Source of the DNA: Adineta vaga
Lineage: Eukaryota; Animalia; Rotifera
DNA: 64,000 bases
Assembly: GCA_021613535.1 (NCBI GenBank)
Contig: CP075492.1
Coordinates: 16,182,001 to 16,246,000, forward strand
Direction: 5' to 3'
The notes under the pieces are model-generated. The model did no database searches. It was given only the letters and a program-made list of their open reading frames with translations, and was not told the origin of the DNA. Below are positions 62,283-64,000 of this stretch, one piece after another (position 1 is the first letter of the stretch; each line of letters opens with the position of its first letter). The translations under genes were made by a program, and so were the position numbers.

Positions 62283-63212
62283 ATGTCTGATTCGGATCTT
62301 TCAATCAAATCTGAAACAAATCTATTCAAAAAAACAAACAAGATTCGTCATATTCTATCAATTCTTTTTATTATATTTCTAATCATTTTAAGTATTTTTC
62401 CATTTTATCAAAGAGATTTTCTTCGAAAGAAAACATATTCACTCAAACGATATCGCATTGCACATTGTATGACAGGTATTCCGCGAACACTTTATAAAGA
62501 AGAAGTTTATGTTGCATATCGTCGTCAAGCATTGAACAATCTTCCCGGTGATCTTTTTCTCATTCTTCAATTACCTGATAAAGCGGAAAAAGTTCATGGA
62601 GTCGAAATCACTGTAAATCATCGTGATTCATACGAAAGTGCGATAAAATATCTTTCACCTAAAAGACTTCAATGGATTCCGATCAGTGATAATATAGGAG
62701 TAAAAGATGATATTACTGGTTATGCTAAATGGAAACGCTGTTTAGATCATATTGAACAAGCTGAAAAAGAAAATGGATTTCAATATGATTTTATTGTTCG
62801 TACTCGTCCTGATATATTTATTGCGAAAGATTTACCAACAGAAGATCTTTTACCACATGATCGAGTATTAATCAATCCATATTATGAATGTTTATTAGAT
62901 GATATTCCACCGGGTTATACAAAAAAATGGTCTGATCATCAGTCACCATGTGATAATAAAAACTATGGTTTATCTGATTTTTTTACAATTTTACCGAGAA
63001 AATTTGCAAATATATTTTTGAATATATCTTATATACCTGATTTACCTCGTCATATTTGTGGATCACGTTCTAGTCATCCTGAATGTGGTGTTCGAGCGAT
63101 TCTTTTCAAATATAATATAACTTTTGAACTTTGGCCATTTGTTGTGAAAATTATGAGACCAACACAGTTTTGTCATAATCGAGTGTGGAATCATTTTAAT
63201 AGTTGGTGTTAA
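62283..63212 (+). CDS. Putative glycosyltransferase-like protein, duplicate of 40887..41816
   Basis: 309 aa; differs at three residues (T>I, K>P, N>D). Confidence 0.6.
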   Translation: MSDSDLSIKSETNLFKKTNKIRHILSILFIIFLIILSIFPFYQRDFLRKKTYSLKRYRIAHCMTGIPRTLYKEEVYVAYRRQALNNLPGDLFLILQLPDKAEKVHGVEITVNHRDSYESAIKYLSPKRLQWIPISDNIGVKDDITGYAKWKRCLDHIEQAEKENGFQYDFIVRTRPDIFIAKDLPTEDLLPHDRVLINPYYECLLDDIPPGYTKKWSDHQSPCDNKNYGLSDFFTILPRKFANIFLNISYIPDLPRHICGSRSSHPECGVRAILFKYNITFELWPFVVKIMRPTQFCHNRVWNHFNSWC

Positions 63213-63972
63213 ATATAGTTTTCTTCAAAAAAAATAATCTTTTGTCTAAACATACCCCTAACGTCATTCATTGCTCATATAGAATGCAAGAAGTTTTTGT
63301 GATGATAAAAGTTTGCTGCACTCCGATTGCCTTGAACAAACAAACGAAAGATAAACTTTAATAAAACCTATCGAGTCTATATTTGAAAATTCGATGTTTC
63401 GTGAATGAAGATACGATTCAATTATACTATCAAGCAAAAGATGACTAAGAAAACAATTGAATTATCTCAAAAATGAAATAGATGAAAAACGAGTTTTTTT
63501 TCTTCTTGTTTCCATTCAGTTATTTAATTGATGTGAGAGTATTCTTAACATTGAAGAAGAAAAAGAAAAAGATGAAAACTTATTAGCAATATTAGAGAAA
63601 GAATAATAAATATATTTGAGAAAAGCATGCTTCAAGAAGGTAAGAAATTATTAGTCGACTTTCCTTTCACTCAAACAAATTTGTTCACTTTCTTAAATGT
63701 ATTTCCATAATAGCAATGAACGATAAAATATCTATGAATTATTTATATAGACGTTGTCGGCACAGCATGCTTCATTCTTCATTGAAAGCCAAAATCATCG
63801 AGAAATATTCTGCATCTTTACTATTCTCTTTGTTTCATTCTTTTTCCAAGTGAATCAGAAATTCAAGACTGAAAGGGAAAAAAAACAATAAGTGAAACAT
63901 ATAGAGGATAATTTAGTACTCTTAAATACTTCAACACTCTTTTTCAGATCATTTCTCAAGAAAAAAAAATCC

Positions 63973-64000
63973 ATGTCGAATTCAAATTCTTCAATAAAAT
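63973..64000 (+). CDS. Start of the duplicate of the 42577 paralog (3' partial)
   Basis: Identical upstream context and ATGTCGAATTCAAATTCT. Confidence 0.6.

Larger units (their letters stand above)
60753..64000 (+). repeat. Segmental duplication, copy 2 (runs off window end)
   Basis: Nearly identical to 39358..42604. Confidence 0.95.

Noticed and set aside
1-64000. Bacterial contamination as the source of the microbial-like genes; tRNA/rRNA genes
   Set aside because: The foreign-like genes share the AT-rich composition and are interleaved with intron-rich metazoan genes; no RNA gene was recognisable by eye.

Overview
AT-rich eukaryotic DNA with many 50-60 nt GT-AG introns. Gene content (F-box/LRR families, NHL-repeat gene, intronless foreign-looking enzymes, many MITEs) best fits a bdelloid rotifer such as Adineta or Rotaria; this is an inference. 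Conventional metazoan genes include two MFS transporters, an RDH-like SDR, a TRPM-like channel, an i-type lysozyme and an FABP. They are interspersed with a dynamic, defence-flavoured accessory set: (i) two tightly linked AIG1/GIMAP-like GTPases with different CaaX boxes, one with a degenerate G3 motif, followed by a helical coiled-coil gene, with an inverted decayed copy of this module at 37 kb; (ii) a secreted three-domain protein with dibasic cleavage sites; (iii) intronless GNAT, MDR, beta-propeller hydrolase and six-repeat BLIP-like genes; (iv) a J-like/ankyrin/ADP-ribosyltransferase fusion; (v) an F-box gene with 15 phase-0, one-LRR-per-exon modules; (vi) putative glycosyltransferase paralogs with mosaic identity, inside a nearly identical duplication (39358.. 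copied at 60753..). There are also several pseudogenes, a Helitron/PIF1 remnant and multiple inverted-repeat elements. All family assignments come from motif recognition only; no searches were run.
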